Both the position numbers and the translations under genes were made by a program. 64,000 nucleotides of DNA from Lama guanicoe. Taxonomy: Eukaryota. The stretch is from contig MU053629.1 in assembly GCA_013239625.1 (NCBI GenBank), forward strand, positions 2,321,567 through 2,385,566, given 5' to 3'. This document shows positions 1 to 13,429 of this stretch, piece after piece. Within the stretch, counting starts at the first letter, position 1; the number at the start of each line of letters is the position of its first letter. A model generated the notes under the pieces. The model made no database searches. It was not told the origin of the DNA and was given only the letters and a program-made list of their open reading frames with translations.

Positions 1-584
1 GAGTCGCTGGCAGTCACCGAGCATGCCAGAAGCATCCCCAGTATCCCCAGGTGACTGGCTCCCAAGTCAATGCTCTTGCAGACCTTGATCTCACACCAAC
101 CCACTCAGACCCCCATGGGGTCAGCCTTAGGCGCCCAGAACAAGTGACCTTCAGCTTCTGAGCCAAAAGGGCAGAAACAGTCCCCAGCAGAAGGCTGACT
201 GGGGGTTGGGAGCAGGGCTGCAGGGTCCCACTGGATGATCCTACGGTCAGTCCTAAACAACTGGTTACAGGGAGGTCAAAGGGAAGACTTTGACCTGGGA
301 GACAGCCAACTCCCAGCAGCTGAGTGGGAGCAGCCTTGCGGGGCAGGGGGCTAGAGTAGGGCCCCCTGCAGCCCCAAGAAGCCCTGAGTCCAAACAAAAG
401 CCTGGGCCATTGCATCTCAGTGTCTCACTGCCACCCCCCACCAGCCAGATCACAGGAGTTTACGAGCTGCAGGCTGCATTATAGAAAGCTTGCAGCTTTT
501 GTGATAGAATGATACTGAAGGTCCTTTTGAAACTTGTACCAGCCATCGTCACACCCAGCTCAGCTCTGGCTTCTCCAAGGGCAA

Positions 585-711
585 GTGTGGAAAAGTCTAG
601 ACTTAGGGGCTGCTCCACAGTGTCTGACTGCCCCTGCTAATTCCAGCCCCAAATCCCATGTATCAGGGCTTGGCTCTAAGGCCCCGCCCTGGGCAGTACT
701 CTGTAGTTCCA
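585..711 (+). repeat. Local duplication, copy 1 (pairs with 1644-1770)
   Basis: 616-703 is identical to 1675-1762 (88 bp); the flanks are homologous but diverged. Confidence 0.95.
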
Positions 712-1643
712 GTTCCTTTATACCTACCATCGGCATGTGAGCCTGACATGGAGAACCAAGACGTGGAACTCAGGCTCTGCAAACAAACCAGATGTGGAAG
801 CAAACAAACAAAAAAGAATTTTAAACCAACTGTCAGGGAGGCTGGGTTGCAGTCCCAGCCCTGCCGCCAACCAGGCAGGTGGCTTCATGGCCTTCCCCGC
901 TGCCTCAGCTCTAAAGAGGAGGGGTGGGCTAGACTCTGGGTCCTTCACCCTCTGAACTTCTAAGATACCAGGGAATTGGGAGAAGGTGATGGAGTCTCAG
1001 GATAAGGCTCAGGCACTGCCCTCCATCTGCTCAGAGCTCCGATGCTTTCCTCTTACCCACAGGAAGGCAAAGAAAGTGGTGAAGAAGGAGACAGACTGAG
1101 AGGATGAGAGAGCAGGATGTCAGGAGCCAGGCCCCGGGCCGAGTTGGGTCTGGGGGTTTGAGAGGGGTCTCTGCTGGGGCAGCAGTGTGGCTGCCAAACA
1201 GAAGCCTCAGGGCCATCACTCTACCCCTGTAAGATCTCAGTGGTCCGTGCGTTTCCTTTTGTGCATGTACGTAGGGGGTGGGGTGGGGGTTGGGTTCTGC
1301 CTGGGTCTCATGCTTAGGCTTGGCACTGGCAGGTCACTCTTACCCCTCCCTGGGGAAATAAGTCCCTCTGAGTGGGGCCACTTGACGAGAGGTGGATGGA
1401 ATGTGGTGACATGGCCTGCAGACCCAGGACTTATAAGGGCTGAACAAGGACACAGGGAGAAAGAGCAAGCAGATACAGCCTGACAGTACAGCAAGCAGAT
1501 ACAAACACACATGCTCCCAGAGCCCTGTGCCTCCCGGGTCCCCCAAGGGGCTCTGGGCTGCTCAGCTCCCAGGCTGGGACTGCCCAGATGCCCTCCAGTC
1601 AGCTCCCACTAGGATACCACCAATGTCATCAGAGTCTGACCTG

Positions 1644-1770
1644 GTGTGGAGAAGTCCAGGCTCAGGGGCTGTTGCACAGTGTCTGACTGCCCCTGCTAAT
1701 TCCAGCCCCAAATCCCATGTATCAGGGCTTGGCTCTAAGGCCCCGCCCTGGGCAGTACTCTGCAGTTCCA
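1644..1770 (+). repeat. Local duplication, copy 2
   Basis: Direct repeat of 585-711, offset 1059 bp. Confidence 0.95.
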
Positions 1771-3359
1771 TGGGCACCTGAGCCTGACCGACCTCTGACG
1801 TCACAGGCAGAGTAGCGTGGGCCCATCCTACGGATGAGGAAACCAGCTCGGAAATTAGGTGCCTAGTCAGCCAGCAGCAGAGCTGAGGGTCAAGTCCAAG
1901 CTGCCTGGAAAGTTGAGGCTCTCCCTCTAGGGCCTGCAATGTGTCCTAGAGTTCCAGTGTGTGTGCAGGGGTGGGAGGAACCAAGCTGAGTTAAATAAGG
2001 CTTCAGACGACATTCTCCAAGCTCCGTCTAGTCCCAGGAACAGACGGCTTCATGTCTCAGGGACACATTTGGTCAAAGCCAGCTGCAAGCCCCGCTTCAC
2101 ACCACAGGTAGGGAGCTTGACCAAAGGGCACGAACTGTGCTGTGCAGACTCCCTGCTACTGGGCTGGCTGGAGGCGGGTGAGGGCGGGGCCTGCTTTCCA
2201 CTTGGCTCCACACAGAGCCAGGGGACAAGGCTTTCAGAGGCAACTCAGAGGAGCAGGCTCACAGGGCCTCTAGCATGTAGCTTCCGAGCAAGGCTCCCTT
2301 CCCCTCTGCGCCATCCACTGCACCCATCCCTCCTGGGGCTGTGGGATCAGCCAGCACCAATCTACTGCCTCTTCCCTGTGGCTGGCAAAGTTTGTAGTTG
2401 TCACCACTGCCACACCCCACCCCACAGATTCAAGGTGTTGACCTAGGGGATTCTCACACCCTTCCCCTAGCTCCAAAGCCAATACCTCCAACCCTTAAAC
2501 CATGCGATGTTAATCCAGTGTGACCACACGGCACCATGTGCTCCATAAACACATAGCGCTGAGCCCACCACACCTGTGCACCACCTGAGGCAGGTGAAGA
2601 CTTAGAAAAGATGTTTCCTAAAGGGCTGCTCCTGCTGGGAGACGGTCTGTTTAGGAATGGAAGCTGCTTCGGGGACCCACATTCTGGTTTGGAACTCCCC
2701 TGTCACAAACACATTAGGACCCCTCCATCCCAAGTGGTGCCCAGTTATGGCCACAACTACACCTAAGAACAGACACCAGTCTGGATGGAAGTTTTCCACA
2801 ACCTGCATAGCAACAAAGTGCCCAAAACTAGTCTCAGGTCCTAGTCCAGAATCTTCTCCTGATCTCCCTCAATTAAACTCACTTGGGGAAGGAGAGGTTG
2901 GCTAACCACAAAGAGGAGGTAGGTGCCCCAGACACTCATACTATGGCTTGGTCCTGGTCAGGCCCTGCTCTTTCTCCCTGAGTGTCTGAGGCTTGTTGAG
3001 AACTATACAGGTGGCCTTGATGACTTGTGACAGCCAAGAGCCTCTGCTCAGTCAGCTGTAAATGACGGACAGGTGGGCCTCGGCAGACCTTCCCACTACA
3101 CCCAGCCCCTGCTATACTCTGCACATGCCTGGCGTGGATAGTTCCACAACTGGACTCTTCACGAAAGAAGGACTCAACAGTCCTGCCACTTGTCTAGCCT
3201 TGGCATATTTCAGAGGTAACCTTGTTCTTTCCATTCAAGGATGGACTATGGAAAGAAATAAAGAGCAAGGAGGCCATGCTGGTCCCTGGGCAGGCAGGAG
3301 ACAAGATTCTGCCATATGAAGCTTTGTGGGCTGCCTGCAGTTGCCACCCTGCAGCAAGT

Positions 3360-3545
3360 ACAGGGTGCTGTTAAGAGCAGGCTCTGGGTTCAAACCCCAA
3401 CTTACCACTTACCAGCTACATGAAAGCTATTTAACCTTTCTGTGTCTCGGTTTCCTCATTTATAAAATGGTAATAAAATAAGTACTTCATAGTGCTGTTG
3501 TGAAAGTTAAATGAGTTAAAGTGCTCAAAACAATGCCTGGCACAA
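3360..3545 (+). mobile_element. MIR SINE
   Basis: Contains ctgggttcaaacccc...ccacttaccagct...tctcggtttcctcatttataaaatgg...aaatgagttaa...tgcctggcaca, the MIR core. Confidence 0.8.
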
Positions 3546-6500
3546 AGACTATATATGGGTTTCCTATGATTAGCACAGACCCTCTGTTAGGTTATCTGAG
3601 CAGAGGAGACAAAACCCCCAGGGAGGAGGGGAGCCCGACCTACCAGAATCTGCTGGACAGACCTGCCTGGGTCCTACTTCCAGGTAAAAGCCCAGAAGTG
3701 TAGATGCCTCTCTCTTCTTCTACCAAAAAAAGCCTACCAACAGAGCACCTAGATGTCCCAGGTTCTGACAAATGCTTTTTGATGGCAGAGAAAAGAAAAG
3801 GGGTGGTGTCCAAGGCACACACTGGATGCTAGAATTCCTTCACTCACCTGAGTGCTAACTGTGGCCCATTTTGCCAGGGGCCAGGGGCCTAGCTAGGTCC
3901 TCAGACACCCCTGAGGACACATGTTGCACCCTGAGGTACCAGGCTTGCAAGGAGCCACCTTGGCCCAGCTTTGGTGGATGCAATGGACAAGCAAAGATGG
4001 GGTTGGGAGAGCAGTAGGAGACAAGACCTTCAAGTCAGGCTGTAGCTCCCTTAGCTGCCATTAATCCCTGCCTTCCTACAGCTTACCATTAGGCTGGCAC
4101 AAAACTTCTTTAACTTTTAGAAACTCGAACTCCCCCACCAAGATTCCAAATATGACCCTCTTCTCAGGGGCCCCCAATGAGTAATTACTGTAACTTAATA
4201 TTACCTTGCATTATAAAAGTAAAGTCTGCATTTTCAAAATAGAATATGCTTTCAAACCACATATACCCCTCCGCAGAAACACTATAACCATCAAGCCATT
4301 CCTCAAGAATCACTAAGACACGCTTGGGTCTGGGGTTAGGCAGCATCAGAGGCAAACCTGCCCTGAGCAGGGTCCATGTGCTGCTTCACCTTCTGGAGCT
4401 CAGGCACCAAGACAGGACACACCTGGGGGAGGGTATAGCCTCTAGATTGAAAGGGACATTTAGCTCCTCCCCTTAATTCCTGACTGTCCTCCTTAGCATT
4501 CAAAGGGTAATGGGTTAGATGTTTTCAAAGCTTCTTTACACATCTCCTTCCCAAGCGGCAGAAAAATGCCAATTTCCTCCCAAGCCTGCATGATCTCAGG
4601 CTGTTCATAATGTGGTCCCCATTATTACTTCAACACAGCAATTCCTGGGAGTCACCCAAACAAGCCATGTGGTTCCACAATCCACCCCCCACTTTTATAC
4701 ATGCAATTCCTTCTTCTTGGAATGCCTTTTCCATCCCTCTGGGTCAGACAGCCTCCTACTCTGCCACATCTCAGGGGGTGCTGACCTCTAACTTCTTTCT
4801 CGGTTTTCTAGGTTTGCTCAAACTCATCTCCAATAGCCAAAAGGGAAGAGCCAGCCTGGGTCAGTCATAAGAATAAACCACTACTGCTAATGCAGATTCC
4901 CTCAATGGCGGCTCTTGAGAGTTGCAGAACTGCCCACTTCGGGGGCATCTAAGCTGAAGAGGAGTCCAATTCCTGCTCAAACCACCAATCCAAGATGAAG
5001 CCCTCGCTGAAGAGCTTTTGGCCCGCTGTTCAGAAGGCTAATGAGGAGAAGGGGCCAATTCTTGAGCTTACCTGACAAGAGCAGACGCTAGGCTCCAGGA
5101 GATTGCTGGGGCACTTAGTTTATACCTCTGGTAACCAGGAGCCCAGGCTCCCCACCCTCCCAGCACTAGCAGCACTGACTCCCCAAAAAATACAGGGCTG
5201 TAGCCTGCCTCTGCCCACAAGGGGGGTTGACAGGGGTTCCACCTCCTGAGGATTCTGCCCTCTCTCAGAAAAAGCACTTAGAAAAAAGTGACCAATATCT
5301 CCAATGCTTTCTCTAAGACTTTAGACTGGCCACATGGTTCACCCTTCCCACGTCAAAGGGGTGGATCTGAGAGTCTCTTAGGTGAAGTAAAGACCCTGCT
5401 GAACTCAACCCTCTAGCAGAAGTGGTTCTGGGTCCTTGCCCAGCTTCACGGGAGACAGCTTCCCTCCCCCAGTTTCAGCAGAGACCACACACACATGCCA
5501 GCAACCCTGTCACCCTCCCCCAACTCTCAGGCGAGTTTCTAAACAACCAGGTAGAGTCAGGATGGGATCCCCAAAGCCAAGGGCCTGTCGGCATCAAGGT
5601 CTGAGAAGGACAAGGCCTTCGGGAGCCAAAAGAATCCCAGCCCCCTAAAGCCCACACCACGCTGGTGGACAGATGTCAGGCCCTCCCCTGCCACCCTTCA
5701 GAGTGAAGGGTTGTATATTCCCCCTTTCCTCCCCAACAAAAAGCATGATCTAGACCTAGATTCTCAAGATGTCATGCCATTGGTAGACGGGGGCTGGCAG
5801 CAGGCCTCTGAATTGCTAAGAGTGGGAGCTGGCAGTGTGACCCTCCCACCATCCCTCCCACAGTGAGGAGCCCAGCCCAGCCCTGCCCAGCCGTGGACCA
5901 GAGCGGCCATTCTGCACCAAACCCGTAGCACGGCAGGCTAGCACCCACCACTGCAATGGAGGCAGAAACCCCAGCCCCCACCAGGGGCTCTGCGGTTTCT
6001 CCCCTAGACCAGGGGGAAGGGAGCTCAGGGTGGATAACTGGTCCTTGGTTTCCTGGGCAAGAGCATGTCAGGGTGAGGCAGGAAGGGTCTCTTTAGTCCT
6101 AGAGTGACACAGCAGAGGCTAGAGGCCCCTAAGAGAGAACTGAAGCCTGTTCCCTTTCCACACCAGTTTTTGTCTCGGGCAGCCCAGCTCCTGGTCTCCA
6201 TTCACTGATAGCCTTAAGACTTATTATATCCACCCCCACCCCCTCCCCACATCCTCCAGGATTTTGTCATCCAATTAACCACCCAGCTGCTTGTGATCCC
6301 ATGAAGCCGCTTCATACTCCCTCCTCTTAAGCACATGGCCGGTGGACATCACTCGCGGAATCCCACCAGGGCCAGATTTGGGGTCCTGGCTTGGCTGCCA
6401 GAACAAAAACCCAAAAGAGGAGAACCGGGAACTCAGTGTCTTTAGGCATCTTCTTCCCAACTCTAACTAAACGCCAGCTTGCCTCTTTGCCAAAGCCCAG

Positions 6501-7055
6501 GTTCTGGAGACGTGAAGAAAGTCCGTCCAACCCCCTAGACTACAGCTCTAGTGACTTAAAGTGCCGCGCGGCCCGCGCGGGCCTCCAAGGTCACGGGGAG
6601 GGGTCAGGGTGGAAAGTGCAAGGGAGTGAGGGTGCCGCCCGTCCGCCGTGCTAATCCCGCTCAGTTCCTCCCAGCCAAGGCGGGAGTCCGGGCCACGCGG
6701 GAGGAGCGCCTCGGAAGAAGGCAGCGAGCCCGGCGAAGAGTGGAGAACGAAGAACGCGCGGGCAGCAGGCGTGGGGCGGACGCGGCGCCGCTCGCCCACC
6801 GCGGGACGCACAGACGGCGGCCGGCGCGCTGCCCGCCCCGAGCCCGGGAGGGCGGGGAGACAATGCCCGCCCGGCGGGGCAGTCCAGGCCGCACGCCCCC
6901 GCCCGCCGGACACGGGCCGCTCCTCCCCAGCAGAAGGGCAGCGGCGGGAAGGCGCCGGGAGCAATTGCCAGACCGCGCGGGGGGTCCCGCGCGCCGGGTC
7001 CCCCGCCCACCTCCGCGTGCACGGCACCCGACAAGTCCCGGGGGCGCAGACCCAC

Positions 7056-7114
7056 CTCTTCCTCCAGGGTGCCGCCGGAGCCCGAGCCCGTGCCTGTGCC
7101 CGTGCTGGTGCTGT
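7056..7114 (-). CDS. RBPMS2: RBPMS2 coding exon 1 (partial; 5' part including ATG is hidden in the N gap, expected near 7142 if colinear with human)
   Basis: Minus strand reads (H)STSTGTGTGSGSGGTLEEE followed by a GAG|GTGGGT donor. This matches the recalled RBPMS2 N-terminus ([29 protein letters not shown]|VRTLF). Synteny RBPMS2-PIF1-PLEKHO2 agrees. Later exons lie left of the window. Confidence 0.88.
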
Positions 7115-7420
7115 NNNNNNNNNNNNNNNNNNNNNNNNNNNNNNNNNNNNNNNNNNNNNNNNNNNNNNNNNNNNNNNNNNNNNNNNNNNNNNNNNNNNNN
7201 NNNNNNNNNNNNNNNNNNNNNNNNNNNNNNNNNNNNNNNNNNNNNNNNNNNNNNNNNNNNNNNNNNNNNNNNNNNNNNNNNNNNNNNNNNNNNNNNNNNN
7301 NNNNNNNNNNNNNNNNNNNNNNNNNNNNNNNNNNNNNNNNNNNNNNNNNNNNNNNNNNNNNNNNNNNNNNNNNNNNNNNNNNNNNNNNNNNNNNNNNNNN
7401 NNNNNNNNNNNNNNNNNNNN
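7115..7420. other. Assembly gap (306 N)
   Basis: Run of N within the GC-rich RBPMS2 first exon. Confidence 1.
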
Positions 7421-10400
7421 GGCGCCGGGCGGCGGCGGCGGGGGGCGGGGGCCGGAACCGGCCTCAGCTGGGGCCCGGCCAGCCCCCTCCTCCTCCCTCT
7501 CCGCGGTCTCCGGGGGAACGCGCAGCCAATCCCCGCCGCCCACTGCGTGCTCGCCCCGGCCCGGGCCGCGGCGCGCCAGCCTCCGGCGGGGCTTTTCCCC
7601 TCTCTCCCTCGTCCTTTCTCTCCCTCTCTCTTCTCTCCCCTTTCCCTTCTCCACGACGAGTTTTTAAACTTTGATGAACTCGCCCAGCGAACTTTCTTAA
7701 AGGGACCGCGAGCACTGCGCTGTCCCAACCCGTGGGAGGCGGAACTGGGTGCCGGGCACCCCGCACACCCTCGTCCCTTGTCCCTCATCATCCCCACTCG
7801 GAGGGCCCCACGCGAGGGGGCGCCCGAAGCGGGACTCCTGGATCCTCGGCTTCAGGAAAAAGTCTCCCCTTGCACTCTCATCTGGGGTTATAGGGTGTAC
7901 CACGCACTTTCACCCCCAAATCCAGCCGCCCAGTCCTCGTCCTCTCTCTCCTGCCTCCCACCCAGCGCAGGGCTATTGGGGTTCCGGGTTCTGGGGATGC
8001 TGGAGGGTGGGCCAGACACCTGGGCTTTGGCCCCGGCTGGGCGTAGTTTGCTGCGTGACCTTGAGGAAATCACTTCCCATCTCTGGCCTCAGGCTTCCAG
8101 CCCAGAGGGTGGGACTTAGATCTCAAACTCCCTCCCACCTGCAGTCACTGAATAGGACCGAGAGCGGGGAGACTAGTCTTGAGAATAAATGGTTTTTAGC
8201 CCCGGAAGGGGGGGGGGGTACCTCGAATGACCGAGAAGGCTTCATTCGCCCTCCCCCTGCCCGATCACTCCTCTCCTCTCTCGGCTTAAATACCACCCTA
8301 CACACAGACGCGTAAACACACCTTTTCCCCTCCTCCTATTCAGAGCCCGAGGCTTGGGCGGGGCTGTGGTGACTCCCCTCCGCGGGTCTCGCAGGCGCGG
8401 TCCCCAGGTCAGTTTTCCTCTGATTTTTGAAAACCCGCGCCGACTAGGGGCGCCCCCTGACGCCACTTTGTAAAAACCGCGTCCACCTCGGGTTGCGCTT
8501 GAAGCGTAGCAACCTGGGGCTGCTGGGGCTGGACGCCTCCCGTGCGCCCCCGCCCCGGACCTCTAGCCGGGCCATCCCTGCCGAAGGCTCTGTCGGGACT
8601 TGAGAAAGCACTGCCTAGAGGTGAGGGGAGTCCTGCGGGACCCCTACCCACAATCAGCCTTATCCGGGTGCGATCTGTCACCCGGCGCCTGGTTTCTGTT
8701 CCGACTTTCCCCGCTAATAAACCTGGTACTAGCACATGGATTTTTAGGTTGGAAGTGATGCACAGCGTCGGTGGAGTGAGGCAAGCTGGGTTTGCAGTCA
8801 TGGACCAGTTGGGATCCCAGACCTTGGACAAGGGACTCAACCTTTCAGAGCCTCAATGTGCCTACCTCTAAACAGAGCCAGCAGTACCCTACAGGGGTAG
8901 GGTATGGAGTGTTCCTGTGACTTACTTTCCCCAACAAGTTAGCATCTCTTTCCTATCTTTTTCCTAACCTGCCATTTCACAGATGAGTAAACTGAGGCTA
9001 GAAATGTAAATGATGTCTCTCCCAATGACACTGACTTAGTAAAGAATTGTCAAGCAATCACTGTTGCGGCCAGGCCAGGGACACCGTGGTTTCCCACCAC
9101 CTGTATTGCCAACACTTTGCCCAGGCCCTAGGATGAGGGACATTGCCTCCTATAGAAATCAGACGTTGCCATAAGTGATAGTGCTTCACTTTCCACAGAG
9201 CTTTCTAGGTACCTCCAGCCTCTGGCACCTCTAGATGGATCCAACTTTGTGAACCCCTGAATATCCTGACCATCCTTCACAAGCCTCAGTCCAATCTGGC
9301 TCTTTTCCCCACCCCCACTACTTTCCCTAGACTAGATTTTTTTCCACTGGGCCATGTCCCCAACACGTGGCCCAGCAATGTTCTACCAGCTTTACCCCCC
9401 ACTCCCTTCCTCCCTGCCGCATCAATCCAGATCCTCCCCTCCCTGAAGACTCTGTTTCAGCCCCACTGGTTCCAGGAGGAGGACCCTGGTCCATTTTTGA
9501 AACTCAGGTATCCTCTAGAAGTTAGCTTGAATTTTTCAAAGAGGAAGGAATTCTCATCTTGACCTTTAGGTCTACATTTTATAAATGAGGAAGCTGAGGC
9601 CCAAAGAGATGGCAGGTAATATGGGGTCCATAGCTGACTCCCATCACTTTTTTTCCATGACATGAAGCTAATGATTATTTTTAAAGTAATATTTACTGCC
9701 ACTCTGATGAATACTGTCAAATAGTTGGAAGCTTGTAAAATAGTTTAGTTGGAATCTCGTAAAATAGTTTAGAGAGAAATCTGCCATAGAGAAAACGAGA
9801 TTATTAATATTTCCTTCTAGTCTTTTTATCTGTGCATATTCTAAAAAACAAAATTGCTGGACACTTTAAATACTCCTTTTTTTCTCAAATTTATCATGAA
9901 CATTTCTTTTTATCTTGAGTCATACATTTTAATGACTGCTTAATCCTCATTCAATGTGCCATAATTTAACTTATTTCTTGTTGTTGGACATCTGTATTAT
10001 TTCCAGTTTTTTCTTTTTTGCCTTCATAAGAAACACCTTATATGAGGATGCTTAATACCTCAGGAAGCTTCCCATATGTGACCAGCCCTTCAGCACTTTG
10101 AAGGCAGCAATTGTCTCATTCCTCCCTGGACCCTTCACAGCCCCAGGGACGGGAGAGTCTCTTGACCCCAAAGGGATTTGAAGATCTTATAAATACAGAG
10201 CCTCCACCCAGGCCAGCATGAGTACCCATCATGCCGACTGGGGGTTGATGCAAATGAGGCTGGAGAGAGGAGCTCCGGGTGTACAACTCTGGCAGACTGC
10301 CTGGAGGGTAGAAAATTGCATCTGTGTCCCCAACTTGTGACCCAGTAGCCGAGCGTCTAGCAGCCTTTTTAAGTGCCCCCCACCCCCACACCTATTGCCA

Positions 10401-11499
10401 AGATCCATGTCACCTCTGAGCTTCTCACATTTCTGTTCCCTTTGCCTAGAACTGCCTCCTTCCCAGGCTGCCACTCCCCTTTCCGAATGCTCTCAGAATG
10501 CCTTCTCTGTTCTCTTGAGCCTGGGAGTGCCTTGTCTTGCTGTCTCACCTACCAGATGGGATAACCTCTGACAAACTCTGCTAGTGAAGAGAGCCTCACC
10601 CCTCAGTCTCTGCAGCCCCCCAGCCTCCAGCAAAAAGCTTGGTGGGTGGTGGGCATTTGCGGTTGTTCAGTGAGCCATTCCTGGGGCCTCTGGGTTATCT
10701 GGTGCCTGTGGCCCTTTTTCTTTGATTTCCAGTACATACTTTGTCCTTTGATGTTTCATTCTTAGGGTGAGGGAAAAAAATCAAGATGGCTTCACTCCTG
10801 AGGGATGCTGCCCTGGGACCTGGCCTCCTGAGGGTGTGCCTTGCTACTTCAGGGCAGGCCCCTCCATTCTAACCCCAGCTCCCCCGCCAGCAGGAAAGTC
10901 TGGGCACTAAGAAGGCAGGTGGAGAGGGTGACCTTGAGGCCCAAAGGCTGGGGTGGATCTGAGGTGTATTTTCTTGGTACTTCCTTAGTACCAAGAGGTT
11001 TCAGGAAGGGAAGGGAGCAGGATGCTGGCGTTTATGAAGTACCTACTCCTTCTCAGGCAGGTAATATGCCTTCTCCCAGAATCCACTGTTCCTACTATCC
11101 CTAGTTATATTTTAGAAAATTGAGGCTCAGAAGAACTAAGGGAACTTGCCTAGCTGCTGGTGGATGGTGTGGATGATGGGAAAAGCATGAAAGACCCCTC
11201 CTGCGGGATTAGCAGTTCATCTCTAAAGTGCAGATACTAGTGCACAACTTCAGGGATGTGTTATGTGAGATAAGAGTTCAGGATAAACTCGTAGTGGTTG
11301 TGATTACCGCTTATGGTCCTTCTGCTAATTTGAAGGTCAAGGTCAGAGTGGTTGCAGGTTAAGATCAGAGACTGGGTCATTTCAGCCCAGAGTTCCTGAT
11401 CTCTTTCCTCCTCTTGCCTCCCTTACTCTGGGCCATGTAGTTACCAAAATCACAGGTTCAAATACAAGGCAAACACATATTTCCAAAATAGCTGTGCCT

Positions 11500-11690
11500 T
11501 AATACCCAGGTTTGAGTCCAGATGACTGTGGCCACCTGTGTGACCTAGGCAGGTGGTTTAATTTCTGTAAGCCTTTATTTTCTCATAGTAAAACTAGAGA
11601 TGCCTCTCAGGAGTGCTGTCCAGGTTTTTGCAACTATTTAGTGAGATCCTGGCTCTGAAAGTTCTTAGACACTTCAAAGCTTTAGGGTAA
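11500..11690 (+). mobile_element. MIR SINE (degenerate)
   Basis: Contains tgtgtgacctaggcagg...ttaatttctgtaagcctt...tctcat. Confidence 0.6.
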
Positions 11691-13049
11691 CAGAAGGGGC
11701 AATTATAAAATCAGCAAAGGAATAGAACCAAGAACTTCAAATCCAATCTTTCCAAGAGTCAGTATCTCCCCTCCACCCCCTTCCACTCCCCCAAAAGGTG
11801 TTATTTCTTCTGTCCCCACGTGGCTGAAAATTAGGGGAGGACCCAGAAGACAGGAGTGGCGTCTTTTTTCATCTTTGAATCCTCTGTGCCCAGCCCAGGT
11901 CCTGGTAGAGGGGGTTCATAATACATATTGAATGAATGAAAGACTTGGGTTACCATGGAAAGATCTCTGAGAGAAGTATTTTTATACTAACATGTCAATG
12001 ACTGCATTTCCCCTCTCCCAAGATGGGAGAGAGAGTGGGATACCAGGAACCTTAAAAGGAAGCAGATTAAAAAACAATGGTCAGAAGCCCCAAAGCGGGT
12101 GTCTAGACAGGCCAAAGGTTTCTGGCCTAGACTCTGGGCTCGCAGCTTACATCTCCCTCTCAGCAGCTAAAGCCCCTGCCCCACCTCTAGTTTCCACTCG
12201 ATCACTGGACCAGTGGCCTTTGCAGATGGGGAAACTGAGGTTCAGTAGCTAAAATCAACCCACTGAGGTCACACACAAGGTGCTGAGTTCATTTCATATT
12301 TCCTATTTAATTTTACAAGCAGGTGGCTTGGAAATTTTCTAAGAAAAACAAAACTAATGAAAGATCTTTTCGTATGGAGTCCTCAAATGACCTTTTATTC
12401 CCCAGAAAGTCTATGTGGGGTTTTTTTGGGTTTTTTTTTTTTAAAGTTAAGTTCTGGCAACGATTAAATAGCTCTTGCTAAATAAACTTTTACTGGTTTT
12501 GCGTCCTTCCCAGGAAGCCAAAGGTCATTGAGAATGGCCCTGGGCCTGCTTCCCTGCCTGAGTTGCTGGTCTCCTGGAGCCTGGGAGAAGGCTCTCCAGG
12601 CCAGAAAAACTGCAGAATTGCCTGGCATGCCTGGGAAGCTGGCCTCACTGAGCAGAGTGTCCGAGAAAAACTGGGGCTGAATGTAGTAGTGGTTGCACTT
12701 GACCTGGATCCAGTGGGGCAAGTGACAGTCTTTTAGGGACCAGGGCTCTGCACAGAGTTGGGTGGAGCAGGGCGAGGAGGGAAGATGAGCTGGCTCTACC
12801 CTCACCACTGAAGGTGGTTGTGAGGCTCCTGTGGTCTCCAACTTGACAGTCTTTTCTGCCTTCTAAAAAGCTTATGGTTCATGGTGGTGGAGGAGCAGGT
12901 GCAGGTGCAGTCATTCTAAGGCCTTGGGGATTTAAGGAGACAGTAGGGGGAGAGAGCAATGCCTAACCCAAAGGGATGCTGCCTCCGTGGTGGGTGTTAG
13001 GGCACTGCAGATACAGAATCTATTAGAAGGGACTCCAGAGGTTATCCAA

Positions 13050-13195
13050 GACGGTGGATCTCACACTTGGTTGCAGACCAGAATTCCCTTTTGAAAAAGA
13101 CAGATTCCTAAGGCCTGTCTGGAAACGACATCCAAATCTCTGGAAGCAGACCTTCGGAAGCTCCTTGTACCCCAGCAGCTAGAACCCCAGTACCA
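13050..13195. mobile_element. MER5-like hAT-Charlie DNA transposon remnant
   Basis: tctcacacttggttgcagaccagaatt...aaaaagacagattcct...agaacccc resembles MER5B. Confidence 0.45.
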
Positions 13196-13429
13196 GAATC
13201 TAACCATCTGCATCAAGCACTTAAATCTCCACCAAAAACTAATCTAACCTCTGCCTGAATTTAGGGAGAAGCAACTCCACCTGCACCCAAACTACTCATT
13301 CCACAGCTACAACTCCAGCTCCACTTACAGTGGTATTGCTATCAGATAATGATTAGTGATCACTCACATTTTTCGAGTACTTGACCATTGACCTCTTAGC
13401 ACAGAGGCTAAGCTCCCACATTCTAGGCT

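Larger units (their letters stand above)
6550..8720. promoter_or_regulatory. RBPMS2: CpG island / promoter of RBPMS2
   Basis: Very GC- and CpG-rich stretch surrounding RBPMS2 exon 1, with many GC boxes and CCAAT at 7526-7530 (gcagCCAATcccc). Boundaries approximate. Confidence 0.85.

Noticed and set aside
4424..4440. ggggagggtatagc matching the Vic-1 5' end
   Set aside because: Only about 14 bp match, with no SINE body or tail.
6548..8119. Long ORFs (339-497 aa) across the RBPMS2 CpG island
   Set aside because: They are artefacts of GC-rich, stop-poor DNA read through 306 Ns; the real RBPMS2 frame is a short spliced exon.
9722..9772. Short imperfect tandem repeat (tagttggaa...gtaaaatagtt x2)
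   Set aside because: A two-copy micro-duplication in an AT-rich old repeat; not an array and no spacer structure.
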